IMG/VR virus record: IMGVR_UViG_3300028801_000003
DNA from: a virus
DNA: 64,000 nt
Strand: one strand, 5' to 3'
The notes under the pieces are model-generated. The model was not told where the DNA came from. It did no database searches and saw only the letters and a list, made by a program, of their open reading frames with translations. The position numbers were made by a program, and so were the translations under genes. This document shows positions 9,271-18,536 of this stretch, piece after piece; positions within the stretch are counted from its first letter, which is position 1, and every line of letters begins with the position of its first letter.

Positions 9271-11212
9271 TTAATGGCAGCTCCTCACACCACCACGCGG
9301 GTGTGGACATGATTTCCTTGGTGCGGTTCGCCAGTTCTTCGGCGCGTTTCTTGGCGATGATCATGCCGATTTCGTCGTGCGTCGACATGACGATCCGTGC
9401 ATCGGGGAACTCTTCCGCGATCTGGACCATCTGTTCGCCCAGCAGCACACGGGACAGGAACTGACAGACGTTCTCCACCGCCAGGCCGCCATAGAACTTG
9501 ACCGGACCGCGACGGCCGACATAGATCATGTTGCCTTCGTCATCCTGGTGCATGTTCGGGTAGAACATGTACCCACCATGGGGACCATGGATGTAGGCGC
9601 CACGCGTACCCATCTCGAAGATCAGCGGGCCGTCCTCGATCTCGCGGTTACCGATAAAAGCCAGCCGCGCGGTGCGTTCGGTGATCTTCCAGTTATCGCG
9701 GATCATGTTGTTCGTATTACGCCAGCGAATCAGGTTTTCGTTGGTCTCTTCCAGCGACTGCACCATGGGTGGACCAAACTGCCCGACGCGGAAGGTGTAA
9801 TTGATCTTACGGTGACCTGCGCCGTACCCCGCACTAAGTTCGAAGACCTTACCGACGAAACGCTCGTCCGGGTCTTCCTCTGCATCGATCGGCCGACCGT
9901 AGATCGCCGCGGCCGCGAAGCAGTAGATGTCCGGACCTTCCTTCCTGTCATAGCGGCGGAACACTTCGAGCTTGTCCAGCTGTTTGGCCTTCCATGCGTT
10001 CATCCGCGCTTCGATCTGGCTGGCGTCGGCGATGACCATCAGCGTACCGTGTGGTGCTACCAGCGCCTTACGTATTTCTGCGCCCGGCCCTCGACGCGGA
10101 GGGTTCTGCCAGTTGACGGCGTCGCCGCCGCCCCAGCGCTGAGTACGCGCCGCGCAGTAATTGAGATAGATCGGCGTCGGGTAATCCACACGTTTAAGTA
10201 GAGTCTCGGAGCGAGTCTCCACGATCGACGATTTGGACATAAGGCGTGCTTCAACAAGATCGCGGACGTGTTCAGTCGGATGCTCAAGCAGTACCTTGAA
10301 GTCAAGGTCATTCTTGGCGAAAGCGTATGCCTCCTCACCAGTGCGACCGCTGATCTTGGTAGGTGGCTCGACGCCTGCCGCTTCCATGTGGACCGCGAAT
10401 TTCTGGGCACTACCCATCTCTTTGAGGAGGAATTGGTTGCGTGATAATGCGGGTTTGACATAGGTCTTCCCTTTCGACGTGTACAGGTCGTAGCGTAGCT
10501 GCTGGTGTTCAAGCAGGGTATCGAGTGTCGACTTCAGCGGCACGGCGAGGCGGTCCAGGATGCCTTTCTTGCGCTCCAGTTCAGACTCATACAGCCGCTG
10601 CAGACGCGCACCATCGAGCAGCATCGTGGGCTCGGCGTACATCCGCACGGTGATATCGATCAGCTTGAGCTCGTTCTCCGGGACGATCCCTTTAAGTGCC
10701 CCGTAGATCGCGATGACGTCCTCCACGTCGTCACCGTTATAGAGAGCCATATGCTCCAGCTCATCTGGCGTGAAGTCAGCGAGGCGCTTACCCTTGACAT
10801 TGACAAGGGCCGCCGCATTCTTTTTGCCCTCCCGGCCCATTTTCTTCGAGACCTGATCCAGGCTCGCTGATTCGTCCACACCGAACACGAAACGCGCCAT
10901 AGCCATCGTGTCCAGCCAGAAACACGGGTACACACCAAAATGATGGGTAAGGATCAGCCCGTCGAAATTCGTGTGATGCGCGAGGCAGCCGGTAATCGAC
11001 CAGTCGATCGTGCGCAGACCATTATAGATCGCGTCGTAGCCGATCCACACCTGTGGGCGTGCGTTGGTACCTACGAGCTTGAGCGCCATGGTCTGCGCTT
11101 CGAACTCAGGACTACGGATGTATTCCGTGGTGGCCATCTTCGACAGACTGTGGCTGTCGGAGTAAAACGTCTCGAAATCAAGTGCAGCAATCTGTTTGAA
11201 TGGTACGGACAC
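9230..11212 (-). CDS. family A DNA polymerase with 3'-5' exonuclease domain
   Basis: The motifs seen are ALDFETFY (Exo I), IADASQIEARM (motif A), GKVFELSAGYGAG (motif B) and VMSTHDEIG (motif C). Confidence 0.92.
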   Translation of the reverse strand: MSVPFKQIAALDFETFYSDSHSLSKMATTEYIRSPEFEAQTMALKLVGTNARPQVWIGYDAIYNGLRTIDWSITGCLAHHTNFDGLILTHHFGVYPCFWLDTMAMARFVFGVDESASLDQVSKKMGREGKKNAAALVNVKGKRLADFTPDELEHMALYNGDDVEDVIAIYGALKGIVPENELKLIDITVRMYAEPTMLLDGARLQRLYESELERKKGILDRLAVPLKSTLDTLLEHQQLRYDLYTSKGKTYVKPALSRNQFLLKEMGSAQKFAVHMEAAGVEPPTKISGRTGEEAYAFAKNDLDFKVLLEHPTEHVRDLVEARLMSKSSIVETRSETLLKRVDYPTPIYLNYCAARTQRWGGGDAVNWQNPPRRGPGAEIRKALVAPHGTLMVIADASQIEARMNAWKAKQLDKLEVFRRYDRKEGPDIYCFAAAAIYGRPIDAEEDPDERFVGKVFELSAGYGAGHRKINYTFRVGQFGPPMVQSLEETNENLIRWRNTNNMIRDNWKITERTARLAFIGNREIEDGPLIFEMGTRGAYIHGPHGGYMFYPNMHQDDEGNMIYVGRRGPVKFYGGLAVENVCQFLSRVLLGEQMVQIAEEFPDARIVMSTHDEIGMIIAKKRAEELANRTKEIMSTPAWWCEELPLNAAVKVDSFYNKS

Positions 11213-11252
11213 GATGCGCTCCCCAGCGAATGAGGAGCTATCGTACTACGTT

Positions 11253-11876
11253 TTAGAACGGTGTGGGAGGGTCATCGGTGGCGGTCACCGACGGACCACC
11301 ATAACCCCAGCCTAAAGCATTTGCCGGGATAGTAGTTGCGGCCATTTGTGCTTGCAAAGCCTGCGTCGCCGCGAGCACGCGCTGCTGCTCTGCTGATAGC
11401 ATAGCCCGGGCTCGTGCAGGCGCCGCCTGAGCTATTGCCTGTTGAAACGCTTCGCGCGATTGTTCATAGACGCTCGTCGCATCTGGCACGGCCGGTACCG
11501 TTGAAAAACGAGTGCCGGCATGAATTTCCATGCGTTCTTCACCACTTTCCCGCGACCACGACCGTGGTCGCGGTACAGCTTCGGGCCGCGGCGGCGCTGT
11601 GGGCAGCACGAGCGGTTCCATCTTCGGGTGCTCGATGTATTCCAGCGTATGGCCCTCCTCCGGGGTATCGTTGAAGATGTAATATTTCTCCGCCCGTGCA
11701 TTTTTCTTGGCGCAAATGAAGCGTGCATAGGGCATAGCCTCGCCATAGCGCGGCGTCATATGCTGCATGAAGACTGCGTACAGTTGGTCTTCAGTCATGG
11801 GCTCGTAGGACGGGATAATACTGACGACCCAGTACCGGTTCCCATCATTTTTTAGTAAAAGTTCTGTTCGTGCCAT
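11253..11876 (-). CDS. hypothetical protein (207 aa) with a Pro-rich centre and Gln/Ala-rich C-terminus
   Basis: This is the internal ATG (MARTELLLKNDG...) of track ORF 11253..11915, preceded by GGAGGAGCC. Confidence 0.7.
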   Translation of the reverse strand: MARTELLLKNDGNRYWVVSIIPSYEPMTEDQLYAVFMQHMTPRYGEAMPYARFICAKKNARAEKYYIFNDTPEEGHTLEYIEHPKMEPLVLPTAPPRPEAVPRPRSWSRESGEERMEIHAGTRFSTVPAVPDATSVYEQSREAFQQAIAQAAPARARAMLSAEQQRVLAATQALQAQMAATTIPANALGWGYGGPSVTATDDPPTPF

Positions 11877-11887
11877 GGCTCCTCCAC

Positions 11888-11922
11888 AAAAAAAAAGGGT
11901 GCCATGCCAATGCACGACACCC
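11888..11922 (-). terminator. rho-independent terminator (minus strand)
   Basis: On the minus strand the stem is GGGTGTC ... GGCACCC, with one G-U pair and a 12-nt loop. It is followed by T9, immediately upstream of the next RBS. Confidence 0.7.
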
Positions 11923-12050
11923 CTAAAAGGACCAGCAGGCCGGATTAAGCTACCGGCCGTTGGCGCTGCGGCGACATCTAGGGGAAGGAGTAAGACCCCG
12001 CCGCGCCCGACCGCGAGTCGGGACGCTGCTGGGTAAACTAAACCCTACCC

Positions 12051-12497
12051 TTAGACCACCGAGACGCTGACGACGTCGCGACCGCGCACGCCGATGGCTA
12101 CCACGATGCCGCGGCTACCGGCAGTACGACGCGCCTCGGAGGACGTCGCGAACGACGGCTTCTCGAAGGTACGGCCGTTGAACACGGCATAACGCACGTA
12201 CGTCGCGCGCTGCTCCGAAGCGCCGATCAGTTTCATCGTGCCGCGGCGCTCGTTGAACTCAACCGCGAACGAACCGAAGTGATTGCCCTTGCGGGTGCTG
12301 GCGTTGCTATGTGCGGAGTGAGCCGAGCTGTACGCCTTCGAACCGATGCAGAACGGCGCATCCTTGGCGTTGTACAGATTGAAACCCAGGGTTTTGCTGG
12401 TGCTGGCCATGGACTGCAGCTCGGACGAATCGATGGCCAAGTGGGACACATCGGTGTGACGGCCGTCAGCGGTGAGGATGGCATTGATACGGGACAT
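12051..12497 (-). CDS. hypothetical protein (148 aa)
   Basis: This is the internal ATG (MSRINAILTADG...) of track ORF 12051..12530, preceded by AAGGAG. A terminator follows it. Confidence 0.7.
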   Translation of the reverse strand: MSRINAILTADGRHTDVSHLAIDSSELQSMASTSKTLGFNLYNAKDAPFCIGSKAYSSAHSAHSNASTRKGNHFGSFAVEFNERRGTMKLIGASEQRATYVRYAVFNGRTFEKPSFATSSEARRTAGSRGIVVAIGVRGRDVVSVSVV

Positions 12498-12556
12498 GGA
12501 GTTACTCCTTGGGATTGATGATGCCCACATGCGGGCGATGGAACGATGAACGCAGA

Positions 12557-13714
12557 TCAGTGAACGGTATCTGCGGTTTTGGTAGCCGACGCGTCAGCTA
12601 CCGGGACAAGCTCCGTTGTGGGAGGCGTTTCCACCTTCGGCGCTTCCACCACGACGACCGGCGGAACAAACGGTTTGGCATCTTTCAGGAACACGCGTAG
12701 ATCGTGTTCGGTTTGCAGGCAGTCCGCTACGATGGTCCAATCCATGTCGCTCTTCATGTTCGGACCGGTCTTGCGCTGCTGCGCGATATTGGTCGCTTCA
12801 TACACGTAGCGATTATCACTGGCCAGATCATTGGCGAGATCGGTCGGCAGGAATGCCTTCATCGACTCGGACCAGACCAGCTCCGTATTGTCCACGATGA
12901 TGTGCATCGGGCAGAACGTCTTCAAGTGCAGCGACCACTTTGATTCAAACAAATCCGAACCGCCGAAGGTACGCTTGATCACTTGTTCCAGGTTCGTCGG
13001 CGCTTTCGTTCCAACCGGCGTGCCAACCGTTTGGCTCGTCGCGTCTCGCTCCTTGTAGGTTCGGGAATCGGGGTCCCATACTTTGTTTCGGTAGTCGTAG
13101 CTCCCGCCGCCAGCATAGCCGCCGTAACCTCCGAAGCTGTCCTGCCCGCGATAAGCGTTCCCCGTCGTGACGTTGAAATACCCCCGAAAGCTGGTATTTG
13201 AATACCAGCAGCCCTCCGACCAAAGGCCTTGTTTTTCGTTACAGATAACGTACTCGCCGCCATCGAACAGGAACGCGACCTTCTCGGTTCCGGCGAAGGA
13301 CTCGATAACCGGACGCAGCGACTTGATCTGTTCGAGGTTCAGCGTCTTGACCATGTCTTCGGCGAACTCGCGTGAATCGCTTCGCTCCGCATCGCCTTTG
13401 CAATGCACATAGTTCAGACACGGGCCGTTATGCATCAACACGCCGTTGTCAATCGCAAACGGATGGCAATTGGCCTCGTCGGTCTTGCCCTTGGTTGCGA
13501 TACGAAAATGCACGAACGCCATGGTCTCGGTGGTGACGTCCTTCGAATACGACTTGAAGAACTTGTCGAAGGCGAAGAACCCTTTCTTGGTAACGACCTT
13601 CCCGTTTTCACCGATGTACGCGTAGCCCGCACCGTGCGGATTGGCCTTGAACGAATTGGCCAGATGTTCCTTGCTGACCCAGTGGCCAGCGGGTTTTACG
13701 ATAGCAATACACAT
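12557..13714 (-). CDS. Ntn-type (class II) glutamine amidotransferase-like protein with an uncharacterised C-terminal half
   Basis: This is the internal ATG of track ORF 12557..13849, preceded by AAGGAAG. The protein starts Met-Cys (MCIAIVKP). It also shows HFRIATKG, NCHPF and LMHNG, as in PurF/YafJ-type Ntn amidotransferases. Confidence 0.75.
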   Translation of the reverse strand: MCIAIVKPAGHWVSKEHLANSFKANPHGAGYAYIGENGKVVTKKGFFAFDKFFKSYSKDVTTETMAFVHFRIATKGKTDEANCHPFAIDNGVLMHNGPCLNYVHCKGDAERSDSREFAEDMVKTLNLEQIKSLRPVIESFAGTEKVAFLFDGGEYVICNEKQGLWSEGCWYSNTSFRGYFNVTTGNAYRGQDSFGGYGGYAGGGSYDYRNKVWDPDSRTYKERDATSQTVGTPVGTKAPTNLEQVIKRTFGGSDLFESKWSLHLKTFCPMHIIVDNTELVWSESMKAFLPTDLANDLASDNRYVYEATNIAQQRKTGPNMKSDMDWTIVADCLQTEHDLRVFLKDAKPFVPPVVVVEAPKVETPPTTELVPVADASATKTADTVH

Positions 13715-13724
13715 ATCAACTTCC

Positions 13725-15506
13725 TTATGCGGTGAGCTCAGCCAGCGGTCGCGCCTCGACCATTGACTTTGCAGTGGGTACGCCAATGCGCGAAGTGAGA
13801 TTCGGATATTTTGCGCTGTTGTCCGCGAGCCAGCTGCGGAATTGAGCACTGATGTTCGGGTCTAGCACATCCAGATCGTTGTCCAGCTGTGATGTAAACT
13901 CCATACCGCCGACGCAGTATTCGACACACGCCATGAAACCTTCATAGCGAATATTCGAGCCAAAAATACGCGTCTCCAGTACCTGGTTACCGCTGCGAAT
14001 ATGCACCGGCTGATACTTACCACGCGATGCGAACTGGCTGAGCGCGGTGCCATTGAACGACGTACCGCCAGTGATCGACTTGAATTTCGCTGGAGTGATC
14101 AATTCATAGCCGCCCGAGTGTGGCGATTTGTTCATGGTCATGAACTTGTCGAGCGACGCCAGTTCTTCCATGCCCGGTGGTGTACGGTCTTCGCTGTCAC
14201 CCGCGCCGTAGATTACCTTACGACCCGAAATGAACTTCGAGATCGCGGCGGCGTTATGCACGAACGCGACAAACCGCAGGATGTGATTGGGCGCGCGGTC
14301 ACTGACATCCATGTTCACATGGATACCTGCCAGACGACGGTTCTTCCAACCCTCCGCACCGCCAGCGACCAGTTTCTCCAGCAGCCAGCGCCAATGCGCA
14401 TCCGGTGCCTGATAACCTTCGAGCAGCGGTAACGGTTCGGAAATGATTTCGCAGCCGGACGTAACACCGGACAGTGACGAATCCGATTCGATGATGAACG
14501 GACGGTTCCCGGTGAACCGACCATCGGGTTCGACATACCGCGACAAGAATTTCTGGAAATGCGTGTTGGTCTTGAAACCGCACTCCAGTTCAACGCCGAC
14601 GTGCCGCGCGTAACCGCTGCGTTTTGGAGAGTGGCGCCAACCGCGCTGGACGCCATGATAGCCACCGATGCGGCCATTCGTGTTGCCGCGCACCCAGCGA
14701 CCATCCTCTTCGTAGATCGCGCCGCGTGCTTCGTTCGGACGACGCCAGACCAGGTCACCACCTTCGATCTCGACCCATTCGACATTCGCTGCCCACACCA
14801 GTGAGCCAGTGATCGAATCGCGGCGAACCGCGTCGGTAGTCAGGAGTGAAGGGTGTATCTGCTCCGTGACGCCCTCTTCGTTAACAACGACACGTGCCAT
14901 GCGGGTGTTCGGTGCTTCGAGCTTCGTACGTTTGCAGGTTACGAAACTGTCTGTTTCGTAGAATGCTGCCGTGTCGCCTTCATCCAGGCGCCAGAACCGG
15001 AACTTGAATGTGCGCGCCAGTTTGTCGACCTGTTCGGCCTTGGCATTGCCGATGATATAATTCAGATATGAATCGTTACCGCTGCGAATATGGTAAAACA
15101 GTTTGTCGTATGCCGTCTTGATCTTGATCGATTTGCGCGACCAATAAGCGATGTGCTTCGCATAACGTGCGAGGTTACGTCCCGGATGCAAACCGACGAA
15201 CATGCCCTGATTCTTTAGTGTTGCGAGCAGGAAGCTCTGTGCATCGGCTTTCATAGTGGCCGGCGCATCATGCAGATGCACCTTAGCCATTAGCGTATTG
15301 GTCAGGTTTGCCCGTGCATCTTCGCGCAGTTGTACTTGCGCGCGTGCTTCGCTACCCAGTGCGATCACGTCGTCTTTGGTGTAGCCCATATCCTTCAGGC
15401 GTTCATTGAATCGCTTCGTCCATTCTTCAATGGACGTGTACCCATCGCAGGGGAGTTTGGCAGTCAACGCTGCCGCCATCTCCAGTAATTTTTTTACATG
15501 TTTCAT
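13725..15506 (-). CDS. amidoligase (Amidoligase_2 / glutamine-synthetase-like COOH-NH2 ligase) with an ~300-aa unknown N-terminal region
   Basis: ORF track. The C-terminal half shows HVGVELECGF, IIESDSSLSGVTSGCEIISEPL, AGIHVNMD and VLETRIFGSN, in the order expected for the family. Confidence 0.75.
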   Translation of the reverse strand: MKHVKKLLEMAAALTAKLPCDGYTSIEEWTKRFNERLKDMGYTKDDVIALGSEARAQVQLREDARANLTNTLMAKVHLHDAPATMKADAQSFLLATLKNQGMFVGLHPGRNLARYAKHIAYWSRKSIKIKTAYDKLFYHIRSGNDSYLNYIIGNAKAEQVDKLARTFKFRFWRLDEGDTAAFYETDSFVTCKRTKLEAPNTRMARVVVNEEGVTEQIHPSLLTTDAVRRDSITGSLVWAANVEWVEIEGGDLVWRRPNEARGAIYEEDGRWVRGNTNGRIGGYHGVQRGWRHSPKRSGYARHVGVELECGFKTNTHFQKFLSRYVEPDGRFTGNRPFIIESDSSLSGVTSGCEIISEPLPLLEGYQAPDAHWRWLLEKLVAGGAEGWKNRRLAGIHVNMDVSDRAPNHILRFVAFVHNAAAISKFISGRKVIYGAGDSEDRTPPGMEELASLDKFMTMNKSPHSGGYELITPAKFKSITGGTSFNGTALSQFASRGKYQPVHIRSGNQVLETRIFGSNIRYEGFMACVEYCVGGMEFTSQLDNDLDVLDPNISAQFRSWLADNSAKYPNLTSRIGVPTAKSMVEARPLAELTA

Positions 15507-16810
15507 CGTGCTCTCCTTCGTTGTGAGGCCACCACAAGTTCTAGAAAATCGTTCATGTTGACTGTCTTCTCGTCGAGGCGGTTATAGACCATCTCTTCGA
15601 CCGTGTTTGTCGCTTGAATCAGAATGGTGTTAGTGACTTTATCCTGCGCTCCTCGATAGATACGATGGATGGCCTGTTTCAAAAGGTCAGCCTCATAGAA
15701 CGGTGAAAGGATGATGCACGCCTCGCCCCGGGTCAGGGTCAAGCCGTGAGCACCGGTGCGCGGATGCAGGAGAATGGTCTGGTACTTACCCTCTTGGAAT
15801 TCATCAACGATTCGATCGCGGTCGCGTTGTGCTACGAGACCATCGATAATCGCGAACCGTATCCCTCGCGACGTCAAGAGCTTGCTCATTTCTTCGCGCT
15901 GGTGAAACCAGTTGAAGAAGACGACCGAGTGCTGATACTGATCGATGATGTCCGCACCGAGTTCGTATCGCTGTGTATCAACCAGAGCATACGACCGTTC
16001 TTCGCCGCCGTCATACACGGCACCGGAGGCGATCTGTAGAAGCTTTTGCCGCAGGCTGGATGCATGAACTGCATTCACCCGTTCTTCGTTGATGATCGCC
16101 ACCATGTTCGTGGCGAATTCTTCGTAAATCTTTTGTGTTTTCTTATTGAGTTCGAACGGATATCGCGCTACGTGATTCGGCGGTACGTGCGTCATCACAT
16201 CTTCGAATGCGTGCCGGATCGAGATATCGCTGATGAGACTGAAGACGGCGTCCGACGCGCCAGGTTTGTCGTGCCACTTCAGCATGTTCGCGCTCGGGCC
16301 GACCTGTTCAGCCTGCTGTACGGACCCACGGAAATGGTAGTAGGACGGTCCCAGACGTTTGCCGCCGTCCAGGATCAGCATCTGATGCCACAGCTCCGTG
16401 ACTGAATTAGGGTTGGGCGTGCCCGTCAGGAGCAATCGGCGGCGGAACTGTTTGCTCAATTGCCGCATCGCCTTGGACCGTTGCGATGTGGCATGTTTGA
16501 ATGTGGTCGATTCGTCGACGATCAGTTTGTCGAACCCGCGCATGAGCTTGGGGTTCTTAACCAGCGCCGTGACTGCGTCTGTATTGGTGATGACGATCTG
16601 TGTATCGATCGCAAACGCCGCTTCCCGGTTCTTTGCATCGGCGATGGAATAGCTTAACCACGGAAAATAGTCATCGACCTCGTGGCCCCACGCACTACGC
16701 ATGAGGGTCTTGGGACATACCACGAGCGTACGGCCATCGCTGCCCAGGTTGTAGTCATCGTTGATGATCAGAAGATGCGCCAGCGTCTTCCCCGTCCCAG
16801 GAGCGGACAT
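15503..16810 (-). CDS. SNF2-family helicase/ATPase (annotated from the first ATG; conserved sequence continues upstream, see findings)
   Basis: The motifs seen are GTGKT (I), VDESTTFK (II), LLLTGTPNPNS (III), HPRTGAHGLTLT (V) and QAIHRIYRGAQ (VI). The frame is open up to 16948. Confidence 0.85.
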   Translation of the reverse strand: MSAPGTGKTLAHLLIINDDYNLGSDGRTLVVCPKTLMRSAWGHEVDDYFPWLSYSIADAKNREAAFAIDTQIVITNTDAVTALVKNPKLMRGFDKLIVDESTTFKHATSQRSKAMRQLSKQFRRRLLLTGTPNPNSVTELWHQMLILDGGKRLGPSYYHFRGSVQQAEQVGPSANMLKWHDKPGASDAVFSLISDISIRHAFEDVMTHVPPNHVARYPFELNKKTQKIYEEFATNMVAIINEERVNAVHASSLRQKLLQIASGAVYDGGEERSYALVDTQRYELGADIIDQYQHSVVFFNWFHQREEMSKLLTSRGIRFAIIDGLVAQRDRDRIVDEFQEGKYQTILLHPRTGAHGLTLTRGEACIILSPFYEADLLKQAIHRIYRGAQDKVTNTILIQATNTVEEMVYNRLDEKTVNMNDFLELVVASQRRRAR

Positions 16811-16889
16811 GTCATATACGATGTCTGACTCACTCCCGAACTGGCGAGTGAACGACTGATGCAGCCATGGTTCCAGCTTTTTGGCGATG

Positions 16890-17456
16890 CTAGCCCTTCG
16901 TCGCGGCGGTCTCGTCCTTCCACGAGAAGTCGCGTTTCTTGGTATGGGTCAGGATGTAAGTCTTCACTTCGACAATCATCATGTTATGTGCGGTCTCCTC
17001 CATGTGCTTGTCGTACTCGGCGCGATCGGCGGCACGCAGGACGGTAACGCTGCCATCACCATGCAGTGCTTCGATGATCGCCATCGCTGGTGTATGCGTA
17101 CCTTGGCGAACGGCTTCACGCTGCGCCGCAATCACTGTCGACGTCGTCGCCGAGACTTTGTGGCTCTTGATCTTGGCGATCTTCGCCGGATACTTTTTAT
17201 TGCCGTAGATGCGCCGGTCTTTCACGATGTGATGTCCGCGGTGCATGCACGTTACCAGGCTGTCCGTGTCGGCGTTGCCATCGACGCGGAAAAGCAGTTT
17301 GCCTTTCCAGCGATAGTTCATGTTCGAAACGAGCGACTGTACCTGCTTATAACTGAGCTCGTTCTTCTCAATCAGCAGGACGTCGTTCTGTTTCAGTGCC
17401 TTGAGCTTCGTGGGCCAAGGACTGTCGTAATTGATGCGAGGCTTTACGTTTGCCAT
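16890..17456 (-). CDS. hypothetical protein (188 aa)
   Basis: This is the internal ATG (MANVKPRINYDS...) of track ORF 16890..17684. It overlaps the upstream TAA (TAATG). Confidence 0.65.
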   Translation of the reverse strand: MANVKPRINYDSPWPTKLKALKQNDVLLIEKNELSYKQVQSLVSNMNYRWKGKLLFRVDGNADTDSLVTCMHRGHHIVKDRRIYGNKKYPAKIAKIKSHKVSATTSTVIAAQREAVRQGTHTPAMAIIEALHGDGSVTVLRAADRAEYDKHMEETAHNMMIVEVKTYILTHTKKRDFSWKDETAATKG

Positions 17457-17674
17457 TACCACTCCGCCCAACCGGGATAAAAGATTTCCTTCCCGCAGGA
17501 AACGTTTGCGCACACGTATGGTTTGTTCTTGGGACCAGCGACCTCGATGATATCTTGATGTTCGCTGCAGTGCGGGCACTCCACCATGACGCCGTGCATG
17601 GTGTCGTCGACGAAAACAGCGCACTGTTTCTTGCGGCCGAAGTCGAGTGTCGTTCTCATGTATACGGTCTCCAT
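17456..17674 (-). CDS. small zinc-ribbon protein (72 aa)
   Basis: ORF track. It carries CPHC ... CANVSC Cys pairs. Confidence 0.6.
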   Translation of the reverse strand: METVYMRTTLDFGRKKQCAVFVDDTMHGVMVECPHCSEHQDIIEVAGPKNKPYVCANVSCGKEIFYPGWAEW

Positions 17675-17838
17675 TCAATATCACGGATACTTACTACGTG
17701 GCCGCCTGTGTTATCGCCGTTCCAGCTACCCATACGCACCAAATCGCTATCAAGGTACGTGCAATAACCGAAATGCCACGAAACTTCTCCGTAAACGCGC
17801 CAGTGGACCATGCTGCCAGGAGGTGGGCGCCGATTCAT
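17656..17838 (-). CDS. hypothetical protein (60 aa)
   Basis: The internal ATG of track ORF 17656..18012 overlaps the TGA of the exonuclease gene (ATGA), with AGGAG upstream. The C-terminus is IEWRPYT. Confidence 0.5.
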   Translation of the reverse strand: MNRRPPPGSMVHWRVYGEVSWHFGYCTYLDSDLVRMGSWNGDNTGGHVVSIRDIEWRPYT

Positions 17839-18536
17839 TTTGTTACTCCTACAGGGCAAACCCCAGTCCCCTGGGGTGAATAGGGACACCATCGACACGT
17901 GAGTTTCGATGGCGAAGGGCGGAAGTACCTGTCTTCCATCATCTTCTGAACTTCGTTGTCGAGCTTGACCTGTGCCTTCTCTAACTTCTCGGGCAGAAAA
18001 GTGATCTGCCACGTGTCCGGGAGATCGAGGTACCAGAGCTCAGCCTCGTAGCTCTCATAGCCAGGATCGTGGAGCATCGCTGTGATCGAATAGAGCTCAC
18101 ACTGACCATAGTGCTTGAGTTCGTTGCCGTATTTTTTGCCGGTCTTGTTGTCGATGGTGAGGTTGATTTCACCAGGAACCACGACCTTGATATCCGGAAT
18201 CACCACGAGCCAGCGATCTTTCTCTTCGCACGGTTTCCAGTTGTGGTCCAGATAGAATTTGCGTTCCACTTCCACTGTACCCAGACCGTCGCGGCGGATG
18301 TTACGCACGTCGATCAATGGACCGTCGAACTTGACCAGATCATTTGGGAATGGCGCATCATCAGCGAGGATGAAATCCTCAGCCAGTTTATGGCGCTGTG
18401 TGCCGCGCGTATTGGCCGCTTTCTCGTCACGAGGTGGTTCAGGACTGTGGTCGATGTACTTGAGCTTCGCCCAATAGTGACAGGACCGATAAACAGTCAG
18501 TAGCGAGTGTGACCATTTTTCGATGTGGTCGCTCAC
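17835..18536 (-). CDS. Cas4/RecB-like PD-(D/E)xK exonuclease with a Cys cluster
   Basis: The motifs seen are VIPDIKVVV ... IDNKTGK (D, ExK-like) and QCELY (QxxxY). There is one N-terminal Cys (YRSCHYW) plus the C-terminal CRWCPYSPQGTGVC. Confidence 0.75.
   Translation of the reverse strand: MSDHIEKWSHSLLTVYRSCHYWAKLKYIDHSPEPPRDEKAANTRGTQRHKLAEDFILADDAPFPNDLVKFDGPLIDVRNIRRDGLGTVEVERKFYLDHNWKPCEEKDRWLVVIPDIKVVVPGEINLTIDNKTGKKYGNELKHYGQCELYSITAMLHDPGYESYEAELWYLDLPDTWQITFLPEKLEKAQVKLDNEVQKMMEDRYFRPSPSKLTCRWCPYSPQGTGVCPVGVTK

Noticed and set aside
9377-10201. 274-aa plus-strand ORF antisense to the DNA polymerase gene
   Set aside because: It is a shadow ORF of a motif-rich minus-strand gene in GC-rich DNA. 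The translation is Arg/His/Val-rich with no motifs and no RBS context.
11923-12050. Possible tRNA or small RNA in the 130-nt gap after gene 12051-12497
   Set aside because: I could fold no cloverleaf and found no T-loop (GTTCGAATC-like) box. Only a short hairpin (CCCGAC-5 nt-GTCGGG) and the terminator are present.
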